Shown: positions 36,779 through 47,946 of the stretch, piece after piece
How the letters are laid out: every line of letters begins with the position of its first letter
Numbering within the stretch: position 1 is the first letter of the stretch
Assembly (NCBI GenBank): GCA_030704615.1
Contig: CM060734.1
Location: 2,418,001 to 2,482,000, forward strand
Direction: 5' to 3'
Source: Takakia lepidozioides
Lineage: Eukaryota > Plantae > Bryophyta
Length of the DNA stretch: 64,000 nucleotides
Program-made: the position numbers and the translations under genes
The notes under the pieces: model-generated
The model's database searches: none
What the model was told of the DNA's origin: nothing
Seen by the model: only the letters and a program-made list of their open reading frames with translations

Positions 36779-37825
36779 TGTCGTGCACCTAAGCGTTGTG
36801 CCACAACATACATCGTCGTCTACCACACATTCTAAGCACACAATCCTAGAAAGCTATGCCACAATGATAATGGAAGTGAACACAATGGAAACACTCCACT
36901 CATGAATCCACTCAATCACATAAACTAAGTCAAGCCAAGGGCACCCTTGCTAAGGGAATCCACCTTACAAAGCTCTCAACACACTCCCTCTCAATACCTA
37001 GAGCTATGGAGGTGGGAGAGGCTCATGGAGGCTCAACTACAAGAAGATGAGCCCTCCTCAACCCTCACAAGGGGAAAACCATCCCCAGGTCCCAAGTAAT
37101 CACTTGGCATGTAAGACCAAATGAAGTTTCAACACACAAAATACAAATATAAATATCCAAAATATTCTAATTAACTAGAAGTAGGTAATTCTAGTTAACC
37201 ATGACTAAAACCATGACAGCTGTCGTGCACCTAAGCATCGTGCCACAACATACATCGTTGTCTACCACACATTCTAAGCACACAATCCTAGAAAACTATG
37301 CCACAATCGTCCCCCTAGCTGGTGATTAGGTCCCTCTAACACCGGATAGTTGACAAGTATCCATCGTTTGGTCTTCAATCGCACATGTCCCAATTTTCTA
37401 AAGTCTATGGATCAAGAGGCTGGGTACAAAGAGAGCCCTGTCATTAGTGGTCTGCCTGCAATCCATGATGTCGTGCACCTAAGCATCATGCCATAACATA
37501 CATCGTTGTCCATCACACATCCTAAGCATACAATCCTAGAAAGCTATGTCACAATGATAATGAAAAGTAAACACAATGGAAACCCTCCACTCATGAATCC
37601 ACCCAATCACATAAATTAAGTCAAGCCAAGGGCACCCTTGCTAAGCGAATCCACCCTACAAAACCCTCACCACACTCCCTCTCAATATCTAGAGCTATGG
37701 AGGTGAGAAAGGCTCATGGAGGCTCAACTACAAGAAGATGAGCCTCCTCTATCCTCACAAGGGGAAAACCTATCCCCATGTCCCAAGTGAGGCTTGACAC
37801 CTCACTTAGTATGTGAGACCCTTCA
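36779..37825 (-). mobile_element. Nested LTRs and 3' internal region of a PHD-Gypsy family
   Basis: LTR 36779-37218, extra 85-bp LTR-end copy 37221-37305, PPT 37308-37317. 37308-37468 is the reverse complement of about 39590-39760. A second LTR begins at 37469. Confidence 0.8.
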
Positions 37826-38360
37826 ACCAAATTCCCATTATGATGGATTTGGCTTGGAAGGAATTCAGTCCTCCACAGTCTTGGCACACTTTTACCAGAT
37901 CATGCGCATTTGGTTGCCAGTGGCGACTCGGACTAAGGTTCTTCCAAATAACCGACCCATTGAATATCACATTTTGCAAGGTACTGGTCTGAGGCAGGCA
38001 CCATGCTGAAGGAATTAATTGTCTTCCAAATTGTTCATGGGTACATCTACACCAAAACCAAGGAGGTACCTAGCCTGGTCATGGGTTGTGGTTTATACCA
38101 TGCTGCTTGTTTCATTGCACGATATCACATTGAGCAGCAGAAGATGCAGACGAGATTTCAGAGTTATTCCACTGGGGATCATTGGGTCTTACCTTCAGTT
38201 CCACCCCATATGTATCTGTATGATGGGAGGATGACTGACTACTTGTAGCCTAGTGGTTGGACTAGTGGTGGACTAGTGATATACTAGTGTGTGGCGTGCA
38301 CATGTGTTGTGTGGTTTTGGACAGCGATGTAGTTGTGTAGCGATATGTATGCGCACGACA

Positions 38361-39506
38361 AGGTGCATGGTGTGTAATAGAGTGCGGGCTTCTTTCAATG
38401 CATCTTCTCCACAATTGCATCATGTACCCATTATGGGTTTGGGCTATCGTTGGAGTCTTGACTTCGCAGGCCCATTGCCACTAACGATTCGCCATAACAA
38501 GTATGTGCTGGTGATAATGGAACACTTCTCCAAATGGATTGAACTGGTGGCATTGCCTGACAAGGCAAGTGAGGGGGCTGCGTATGCATTCTTAGATCGA
38601 GTGCTTAGCCAATTTGGTGCTCCAGTCGACGTACTCACGGACCAGGAGAGAGAGTTCTTGGGGGAGTTTAAGGCTTTGTGTGAGCAAGCCTTGATAGATC
38701 ACCGCACTACTTCTCGGGATCATCCCGAGGCTGATGGCCTGACAGAGAGGGTTGTACAAACAGTCAAGCAAGGCTTGCGCAAGTACGGTTTGCAGAAGAG
38801 ACACCTGGGAGATTGGGACCTTCAGCTACCTTGGTTGGCTATGGGTTATAGGATCAGCAAACAAGCGTCACTTGCCTCCTTCTCACTTTACTTTCTTCTC
38901 TTTGGCCGAGAGCCAGATTTGTCTGCATCTATTCGCAGGGAGACTGCAGTAGTCCTCAACCTTGATGATCCGCATATGTAGACACAAGCATGTGCCCAGC
39001 AGGCAGAGTTATTCAAGAGAGTCATGCCTATGGCTTTTGAGAACCTTGCTATTGCCCAACACCGAGACTCATTGAGGTACGCCACTATACGTGGAGGGGG
39101 ATATCGGCCAGGTGTTCGACGTTTCCACCCTGGGGACTATGTGTATTTGCAGCAGACAGCGTCTACGACCTTGGATGTCACAACAGGACGTGTGATTCTA
39201 AGGGTCCGGGAGGTGTTGCCTTCAGGAGTGTTGATTCTGGAGGGTCGAGATGACATGGTAAGGAAGGACCATGTGTGCAATTATGCGCCATGTCATCTTC
39301 CACATGTGGATGGGAGGATAGATCCCAACCTTGCAGTGGTACCTGCAGGGTTGTGTTGCATACTATGTGGGCATGCTGGTGGTGCCGCAACCATGTTGGT
39401 GTGTGACAAATGCTCAAGGGGGTGGCACATGGGATGTTTAACATTGCCACTTGAGGAGGTTCCTAGTGGAGAGTGGTTGTGTCCACGATGCCTTGGACAG
39501 AGGTAG
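38361..39506 (+). pseudogene. Gypsy integrase with C-terminal PHD finger
   Basis: WSLDFAGP, VLTDQ and HPEADGLTER (D,D35E core); CILC...LVCDKCSRGWHMGC...WLCPRC (C4HC3); premature TAG at 38979. Confidence 0.9.
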
Positions 39507-39752
39507 TGGGCATGACAATGGTGAGGCTGACAAATGATCCAAGGTCTAGCTAGTGGGGTTTCAATGCCATTGATACTCAATTGAAGATCATGGATTGCAG
39601 GAAGGCGACTAATGATGGGGCTACTTTTGCACCCGGCCTCTTGATCTATCACCTTTAGTTGCTGGGACTTGTGCGATTGAAGACCAAGCAGGTATCTTAT
39701 TAGGGTGGATACTTATCAGCTATCCGATGTTAGAGGGACCTAATCACCAGCT

Positions 39753-40340
39753 AGGGGGGCGATTGTGGCATAGCTTTCTAGGATTGTATGCTTAGGATAT
39801 GTGATGGACATCGATGTGTGTTATGGCACGATGCTCAGGTGCACGACAGTTGTCATGGTTTTAGTCATGGTTAACTAGATGCCACTATGCTGCCCACTAT
39901 GGCAGTCACTAGTCCACACAATGATAAAGAAGAAGAATACAAGCATAAGCTCATGCGAGCTCACAAAGCTGAAGCATAAACTCATGCATACATAACCTCA
40001 TCACTCAAATACAAGTCAAGCCAAGTGCACCCCTCGCCATGGGGAATCCACACTACGGCGCCATAGCTAGGCGCGGTGAGGCTCAACTCGAGAAAGATGA
40101 GCCTCCCGCGCTTGCCGTGAAGATAACCACTCCAGGGCCTAAATCTGCCTTGATCCCTGGATTGACACTTGGGCCAATCCCAAATGTCAATATGTAAAAG
40201 CTAGTTATTTCCTAGCTAGTTTTACACTAGTGGTAAAATAACTTGACAGCTGTCGTGCGCATACATACCGCTACACAACTACATCGCTGTCCAAAACCAC
40301 ACAACACATGTGCACGCCACACACTAGTATATCACTAGTC
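39753..40340. repeat. PPT plus LTR pieces (39764-39878 on +; about 39880-40340 on -, related subfamily)
   Basis: AGGGGGGCG PPT followed by an 85-bp LTR-end copy. 40251-40340 is the reverse complement of about 38271-38360. Confidence 0.75.
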
Positions 40341-40577
40341 GGGGATGCCTCAGCGTGAGCCTGGTCACGTGAGCGCGTGAGCACAACTGCGCTCACGCTA
40401 CGTCACCTTGCGCCAATGCCACATCACGGGGCTCACTCCACGTCATCACACTTGAAGACCGCGTCACCACGCGCCCAGGAAGAAGTGGAGTGTATTCCCG
40501 CGGATTGGCACCCTTTACCGCGGAAACAAGCTGGACGACATAATAAAAGGCAGTGGTCATTCCCACCTGAAAGCAAC

Positions 40578-40940
40578 AGATGAATAAAGGATGGATGAAT
40601 GTACAGTTGGATGATAAACAGATGGATGAGTGTGAAAAATGAATGTAGATGGATGAATGAGGGATGGATAAGAGTCAAATGGATGAATGTATAATGGATG
40701 TTGAGCAATGAAAAACATTCATGACAGGAAGATGCATGACTAAAACTTTAGACGAATGCACAATGTATATGACATGAGTGTGGAAGGTTTGTGGGGTGGA
40801 TTAAGAGTACAGAGGATGAATGTACAATGGATATTGAACAAAGGAAAACATTCATGAATGGAGCACGCATGAATACACTGTAGATGAAAGCACAATGGAT
40901 ATGACATGAGTGAGGGAGGTTTGTGAGATGGATTCATACA
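40578..40940. repeat. GGATGAAT-rich subterminal tandem repeats
   Basis: Repeated GATGAAT/GGATG units and a duplicated roughly 120-bp block. Confidence 0.65.
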
Positions 40941-43413
40941 TATTGCAATTTAAATGGTAGTTGATTCTTTGATTATTTTTCTTTCCAAAGGAACAACTAC
41001 GGTGGAGGAAGGGATTCAACGTTTTCCAAAGAGGATGATGAAACAGAATATTAAAAGAACATAGTTCAGTCTGACTCAGAGTCAGTACAATGTATCCCCG
41101 CTTCCTCTGCATCTAAGTCTAAGTATTTAAGAACTCCGGATCTACGCTGGCTACACCTACGGCCGGGCAGTAAAAATTCAGGGGATAGGGACTCGGCGCG
41201 TGAAGTGCCATTGCTTCGGCATAATCAGGAAGCAGAAAATTGGAAAGGGGGCTGTCGAAAACAGACTTGCCACAAATGACTGTATCTCCTGAAGATCCAC
41301 CGCTGCCTTTCCTGAAAGACAGCCTGAAAAAGTTATTACTATAACTTTGATGTTATTGAGAAATTGAGTATGACTCCCAAAGTAGGTTTAGCACTTACTC
41401 ACATGAAAAGTCGTTGTCGACCTGCTTATCTTCGGGATCGTCATCATTTCGAATTTGAATCCGATCAGTCTGTGTGCCTGAAGTGGAGCCAGACAAAAGG
41501 GGAGGAGCACTGTGTTGTAGAGGTCAGAATCACCCTCCATGCCAAAAAGGCTTCTTCCGCCTGCCTTGCATGCATGGTAAGTTGCTCCTGCACCAGACAG
41601 GAGGACATGAACAGTTCGGTGCGGGGGATTTAAGCAGATGGAACTGGTAAAAGAAAATCAATTCAAAAGGGAGAGAACGAACTTGTGGACACAGAAAGAT
41701 CGACCACCCGTGCAGAGTGGTGGTTGCATGACTCCAGCAGTATTTGCATGAACGCTGGGGATTTTTCCTTTGCAGCTCTCCAGGGAGTGTCATCTGGTCT
41801 CTTCAGAGTCTGACTGGACTGCATGAAGTTGTACAAAATGTCATCGACATGCGGCTCATAGGGGGGGTTGATGAAACAACCCTGGTCAGAAATCTCAAAG
41901 CTGCGGATGGAGGATGGTGTCTTTGAGGTGCGAATCCTCCGCAGGCAGATCGCCTCGAACATCCTCGTCTGCCAAAGATAGCAAGTTAGTGTGGTAAACA
42001 CAATCTATAGTGGAAGTATGTACATCAGCTATTCAGAACTCAGGCACAAAACAATCATTTTTATCACGAATCGGTGATGATCGGTGTCGATCATGACAGA
42101 TTCTTCTAGAGTGGAGCTGCAGAGAACATTGAAAATCATCATGAAAGCACAAGCAGAAGGGAGACGGCATACCAGCTGACCAGGGAAACCCCCTTTCACA
42201 AGGTAGAGGCTGTTCACACAATTCCATGTGCGCAAAACTTCAAACCCTGAAGACTTCAGGTATGATGCCAATGCCCGATGACTATCTTTGTCACATGACT
42301 GAAAAAGTAGAAGTGTCCCTGCATCAGAGAGGAAATTATTACAGAACCCGAACACCCAACTCCAGTAGTTGTCCTTGAATTTGTTCCAGCTTGACGTCTT
42401 GCCCTTTGGAAGAACTTCTGGCACAACCTGGCCATCCGGGATGTCGAGAATGACAATGTCAGCCGCATATGTTTTCTGGACACCGCACACGAAGGTGGGA
42501 CATGTGCTCACCTGCAACAGACATGTTTTTTTTAAGAACGATGGAAAGAATGTTTTCAAAGAACCAAATTGAAATACTGCCAATGAAACTTTCAGAGAAA
42601 AAGGAAAGAAACTGGAATTCTCACCAGATTGAGGAATGAGATTATGTTGTCCCAGGTAGGCAAAGGCACCCCAGTGTATCCTCTCTTTCGACTCTGCATC
42701 ATCGACAACCAACCCTCATTGACAATTTTAATCTCTCCTGCCGAATCAGAATGGGAAGGGTGTGGCTTGGCATCGAACACGCACTGAACTGTGCGGGTAT
42801 ATCTTCCAGCAGTGAAGTCCTGCCCACTCTCCATCTCCTTTTCTTTCTCCTTCCCCTTGTCTTTTTTCTTCTTTTTGGACTTGTCTTTGTCCTTTAGCTT
42901 TGATGGTGAGATGGCTATGACATCAAGAGCCTTGTCTTTTGGTTTGCGGCCCGCCTTCTTTCCCTTCTGCGGCGTTCCCTGAGCATCAGGCTCCTTGGCA
43001 GCCAATGTTGCTATGTTTCTTTGGTACTCTTCGTCAGTCAGAGGCGCCAGCATCTCAGCATTATTGTTCAAATATTTCATATGTTGTTCTTGAAAGGTCG
43101 TGTGCTCCGGTAGGCAGTCAAGGTACCAGCCACAGTCTCTGAAGTGAGAAGGACTCCAGTCCTTCAATATCCCTGCAGTATACATGGTGGATCGTTTGTA
43201 GGGTCCGACCACATGTCAAGATAGTCTGGAATACACTCAGGTGTTCCTTCCATAAGCACATTTTCGTGTACCTGTTAAACAGGAGATAAATCCCAACCCA
43301 CCAAAGCGCGAAGTGAGAAATGATGCAAGTAGCACATAATGAAAAAAACATGGAATGAAATGGCTCTGAGAACTGCTCCAAGGACCTTTCAGGACCACGC
43401 GACAGCTCTGGAT

Positions 43414-44148
43414 GTGAATGTCGTATTCAATGATACTGTGAATACACCCTAATCCACGTGAATGCAAACTCTCGCTTTGGAATGACACAGACATAGAAGT
43501 GAATGTCGTCAACGACATTCACTTTGGATTTGTGAATACACTGCTAATCAAGCCTATTGATTTCTCAAAAGAGGCAAAAATCCTGGATGGAAATCAGAAA
43601 CTCGAGTAAGGAACCCTCCCAAAAACTCAATGGACATTCATAACGAACATAACACTAAGGACCTCATAATAACACTGGATGTGAATGGCGTCAACGCCAT
43701 TCACAAAATTACGAAACAAGAACCATTAATACACCCTTAGCTCCCAATCCGTGTAAATTCAAATTGTCGCTGGTGAATGACACAAACATAGAAGTGAATG
43801 TCGTCAACGACATTCACTTTGGATCTCTGATAACACAGCTAATCAAGCCTCAAGATTTCTCGCAAGAGGCAAAAAAAGCAATGCAGAACAACTGAATGTC
43901 TGCATTGACATTCAGCAAACTGAGAGTGAGGAACCTCACTGTAAACTCCATGGACATTACAAAAACTTACATAACTCTGAGGACCTCTCAACACTCTGGA
44001 TGTGAATGTCGTCAACGCCATTCAGGGACATTATCAATTCTAATCAGGGACACTATAATTACACCCTAAGCTCCTAATCCACGTGAATTCAAATTCTCGC
44101 TTAAGAATGACTCAGACAAAGAAGTAATGTGAAGTCTCACGACATTCA
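43414..44148. repeat. Intronic ~300-bp tandem repeat carrying family-B palindrome GTGAATGKCGT-CA-ACGMCATTCAC
   Basis: Copies at 43414 (partial), 43499, 43681, 43794, 44002 and about 44125 (degenerate). Confidence 0.9.
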
Positions 44149-46000
44149 ATTTGGAATTTGGATCTATGATTACAATCTTATTTCCCCCCAAGTTGCAGTA
44201 GAGTTTCCAGTATGATATTGCACCTGTACAGAACTCGCATCATGGCCCACTCTCCTCCAACCTGACTGTCAAAGTCATTGGACCGTAAAATGTTACCATC
44301 TTTGAGAACTCCGAAAAAATCAGTATCTCCAGGTGAGACCTCTCCACTTCCTTATGTATGCCTCCAATGACATTTGGGGAGGGGAAACAATCGAAATGTT
44401 CAAGTCCTTCAAAGTCTGATCCAGCACAATGACGGCGCGCTTTTCGAGCTGCAAATTGTATATTTGTCAGTATTGCAAATAAGATACTCATCACATAATT
44501 GAAGAAAAGAAAACGGCTTATTTGAATACACACCTGACTCCAAAATGTAGCCTTGTGGAGCCAGTTATCAAACACCAAATCACTGATTCCTTCCACCTTT
44601 GTGCCAGGCTGTATGGTGCTCTTTGGGAACTGATTCAAGTCCTTTACTGTCTGATCTGAGTTCCATATCTCCAGCCACCTTTTTTGTTTGTGGGTCGACC
44701 ATGGATATGGCCAGCCGGTGCAATTTTCTCCTGCTGCATCTCCGGATGCACATGCTTGTCATAGTGAGATTTGATCTGCTGAAGGAACTCAGAACCAAGT
44801 CCAGGATACTATTCTAAGCTGCTTTCCGAAGGCGGACATCAATTTGGTTCTTCGCATTTCAAACTCCTTTTTTATTGCTGCTTCCACACCCTTTGATGTC
44901 CTTAGTTCCTCTGGTGTAGTGCGGTAATATTCGGATTTTCCCTTCTCAGCTGCCTCTGCCAGTTCTTGCTGCATTGATTCAAATAGTGATTAGCACCGAA
45001 GGGACTACAAACATGTATTCGAAAAGTAAACTGAGTACAGACTCGGGCTTACCGCATACATGTACTCCAGAAACGCCTCTCGAGTCAAAGAATACCAAGT
45101 GCCTGCAGCTCTTCCTGTTTCGCACTTCTTGATTATATTGGGGGGGAGTACTGTCCGAAAATCATCCAGCTTCATCAGACCAATCCTCTGAATTCGGAAT
45201 AGTGTGTGGACCAAGCTTGTTGTCACATGCGATTTCTCTGTCGATCTGCAAAAACATTGGAAACATTGCATTCCTTAACACTGTTTTTTTGGGATTAACA
45301 AGACACTACAGAGGGAATGAAATCTCTAGGATGACTTACTTGTTCACGTCGTGCATAGCTGTAAGAAGCCTAGCGATGTCGTTTCCTGGATCCAAAACCA
45401 TTGCCTCCACAGCAACATGCTTGTCTTTGTCTTTCGCATGGTGTTTCTGATGTATCCCATCCATGCCAGCAATCGGTGGTTGCCGTCCCAGACGTAGAAC
45501 ATGTGGTTGCAGAATTGCTGGGTGTTCTTTCCCATCATGAGGCCCAGCTCGAACTCCTCATTGGCATCTTTCCAGCACTCATCCCATCACTGATCTCTGG
45601 AGACACTAATGCTTTTCCCATTTATATCCGTCAGTGACATAAAAAACTTGTGCACCAAGTCTGTATCCATGCACAAATCACTCTCCAATTTTGTTATGTC
45701 ATGGGAAAGAGGTGGACGCACAACAGGCATAGATATCATCCGGCACAGAGGGATGTCCAGACGCCCTCCAGATACGAGCATGTCCCTTATAACCTCCTGA
45801 GAGTTTACCTTCTGGAATGACATGAGTTCTTTCACCTTGTCAAGGTAGTGCACTTCAGATTCATCTGCTTCATCGTTATTCTCTGAGCTTTTTCCAGACT
45901 CGTCCCCATCTCCAGATCCTTTCCCCTCTGATCCTGTAGGCTTGGACCTCACAGTTTTCTGCACGATGCCATTCAAATCTGACTGAGTAATGTGCAAATA

Positions 46001-46718
46001 GTGAACGGCGGTAACGACCATCACTCTGTCTCGGAAACTCACAATGAATGGTGTGAAACAAATTCAGAACCATCTACACAAGCAAAGCTGATCCTGCCGA
46101 ATTCAAAACAAAAGCGAGAGCGATAGCGAACGGCGTTAACGACAATCACAAAAGAGGACCTGCCGGATCGGTGTTGTGTAATGACATATATGTGTAAGTG
46201 ATTGGCGGCAACGACATTCAGTATAGTTTAGGGCGACAGTAAGTGCAGATTATTCAGATTGACTCCATTGTGATTACGTCGCAAGCATTCACGGTTTCTT
46301 GTCTATGTCGAGAGTACTTTCCAATCGATACTCTACCTGAATCTACAGTATGGTCTTCAAATCTTTGATTGGCGGTACCGCCTTTCCACTTCTCTATCTG
46401 TTCAACCTCAACAAAGAAAATGCATTGCAAGAATATGCCGACCCTCACTCTCTCTTCAAACACATAGGTACATAAATCTCATGAGGAGAATCGAATGGCG
46501 TTAACGACGCTCGCAATTCAGTAGACTTCAATCACATGTTCCTGCTAAAGAAGGGAAGAGGAAGGACTGCTTGAAAGGCAATCAGACAGACTGTATGATC
46601 TGAACAACAGTGAATGACGGTACCGTCAGTCACCCACTCATTGTGCGGTAAACCCTTAACAGAGGAGTAGAAAGCAAATCACCGTTGTTTCATGGTGATG
46701 GTCGGTAGCGACAATCCC
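46001..46718. repeat. Dispersed degenerate family-B palindromes in intron 1
   Basis: Copies at 46001, 46126, 46198, 46365, 46491, 46610 and 46695, e.g. GTGAATGACGGTACCGTCAGTCAC. Confidence 0.78.
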
Positions 46719-47946
46719 TTTCTGGGACATTCCACTCAATCTCTACGCAGATCTTCAACAATGAAATGTAAGTTAGAGAAAACTTACTGGCGCCTTCTTA
46801 GGTTTTGAAATTGGATCCCCTTCTGCAGCTTTCCTCTTCCCTCTCACATCTGCTGGAATTTCTGTCTGCTCTAGGGTTTCTGGACCTTCTCCCGGTTCAG
46901 CGTTCCTCGTACTTCCACCTCCTTCAGTTTCCCTGCGAGTCATCTCTGCATCCACAGGCTGGTTTCCAACGCGCACTGTTATCGCCGACTGTGTCACAGC
47001 CGCTGCCTCAGTCTCGGTCTGCTCTTGTGAATCAGTCTCCGCGTTCACCTGCTGCCTTGGCCCTGTGTTCTCCAACAAACGACGCCTCGTCATTTGCTCT
47101 CTTGCTCTGCGTCTCTCTCTAAGGGAAGTAAAATAAAGAGACTTTCTTCTCTTTCGTATTGTAGAAGGAACCCTCTCCAGCTTGACTACCACTCTCCCTC
47201 TAAGCGCGAAAAGTAGAAAAACGAAGTGACTCCCGATTTCTTGCGGGATTGCGTGCGTTGTTGCTGTCTCTAGAAGCATCGGATTCCCTCTCGCGTGACC
47301 GTTACACATAGTCGTTCCCTTATTAGTGCACATGCCAGCAATTAGTGTACAGCTGTTCGTATTCAGTTATCGATGTCTGACGTGTGTCGCCCAAAATAAA
47401 CGGCGTGTTCTTTATTAGAACGGTTTCAATATTTAAAAATAACAGCGAATCCCAGAAATCTTGGCGCACAGTCTTAGACAAATATATGTAAATGAACGAG
47501 AGTTTGATGACAAATTTTGGGATATCATACACGGTCATCCTTGTTAGCCAACCCCACGTTCGTTTCACATTTTGAACTTTCCAGGTGCGCATGATCATTG
47601 GTAGTAGTATAAAGATACATTTACTTAATCTGCAATCCCACCCTCAGATCCTGTGGCATGCTTCCAGGAAGTCGGCTTGTTATTGTGTTTATTGATGAGG
47701 TTCTGATTAACGGTTTAACAGCTGCCGACATTGCTCCTAGGGATACTCTGACCACTGGGCCCACAAGAAAAGTAATTAAAATGGACGGCTGCATATCTGG
47801 AAGGAATAACAGAATATGCACAGTCGTCGTCTGAGCTTCCTCCGCCATATTCTGCTCATTCTTCAACTGTGTTCTGGAGACATCAGTAAACCGATTTACA
47901 CTGAAGGTCTGCGATAGCAAGGTATCAACGTACGCGAGGAAGGAAG

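Larger units (their letters stand above)
41066..47093 (-). pseudogene. Multi-exon ParB/Srx-fold + beta-class amino-methyltransferase-like gene (family B)
   Basis: IPLCRMISMPVVR and FYVWDGNHRL (45473-45487); ADIVILDIPDG (42434-42445); PWRAAKEKSPAFMQILLESC...RVVDLSVST^ATYHACKAGGRSLFGMEGD across intron 41588-41682. Several frameshifts. Large introns 45983-46787 and about 43278-44230. Confidence 0.82.

Noticed and set aside
41856-41872. NPPY in family B as the true catalytic motif IV
   Set aside because: Family A has DPNC at the aligned position, and DIPD follows the expected hydrophobic strand in both families. Probably coincidental, but worth checking in a structural model.
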